A DNA stretch of 64,000 nt from a virus. Lineage: Duplodnaviria > Caudoviricetes. The notes beneath the pieces were generated by a model that was given only the letters and a program-made list of their open reading frames with translations, ran no database searches and was not told the origin of the DNA. Shown here piece after piece: positions 63,941-64,000 of this stretch. The DNA is taken from IMG/VR virus record IMGVR_UViG_2602041664_000001, positions 18,872-82,871 of that record; one strand, 5' to 3'. Each line of letters begins with the position of its first letter. Positions within the stretch are counted from its first letter, which is position 1. Position numbers and translations under genes: made by a program.

Positions 63941-64000
63941 TTGCGTTGTTTTAGAAAACAGTTGCTATGATTTAGAAAATAGTTGCGTTGTTTTAGAAAA
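63935..64000 (+). repeat. 21-bp tandem repeat AAA(T/C)AGTTGC...TTTAGA, at least 3 copies, running off the window end
   Basis: AAATAGTTGCGTTGTTTTAGA / AAACAGTTGCTATGATTTAGA / AAATAGTTGCGTTGTTTTAGA. Confidence 0.8.

Overview
A 64-kb segment of a temperate, probably plasmid-like, tailed phage of a Bacteroidales (Prevotella-type) host. The host call is inferred from TAnnTTTG promoters, A-rich translation starts and the gene families present. From left to right it carries: (1) an HU-related gene and a circularly permuted C5-cytosine methyltransferase surrounded by nine free-standing, translationally coupled target-recognition-domain (TRD)-like mini-ORFs; (2) an AT-rich, repeat-containing putative origin and replication/nucleotide genes (VirE-N/PriCT-2 protein, ThyX, MazG-like, PAPS-reductase-like); (3) head genes (S49 protease/scaffold, major capsid, terminase, portal), an N6-adenine MTase, tail genes and an acyl-carrier-protein-like gene; (4) lysis genes; (5) a tail-fibre gene with a six-cassette LRR shufflon and adjacent tyrosine recombinase; (6) two XRE regulators; (7) an early region with ArdA and LPD29-type proteins; (8) a type V pilin-like moron; (9) a ParA plus small partner partition cassette. 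The most unusual signals are the split-TRD methyltransferase array, three HU-related paralogues each paired with its own phased (22/23-bp period) palindrome array with matching distal copies, the shufflon with two distinct conserved junction types, and ten TGTCC-N22-TAnnTTTG promoters. All functional calls come from motif recognition by eye; no database searches were run.
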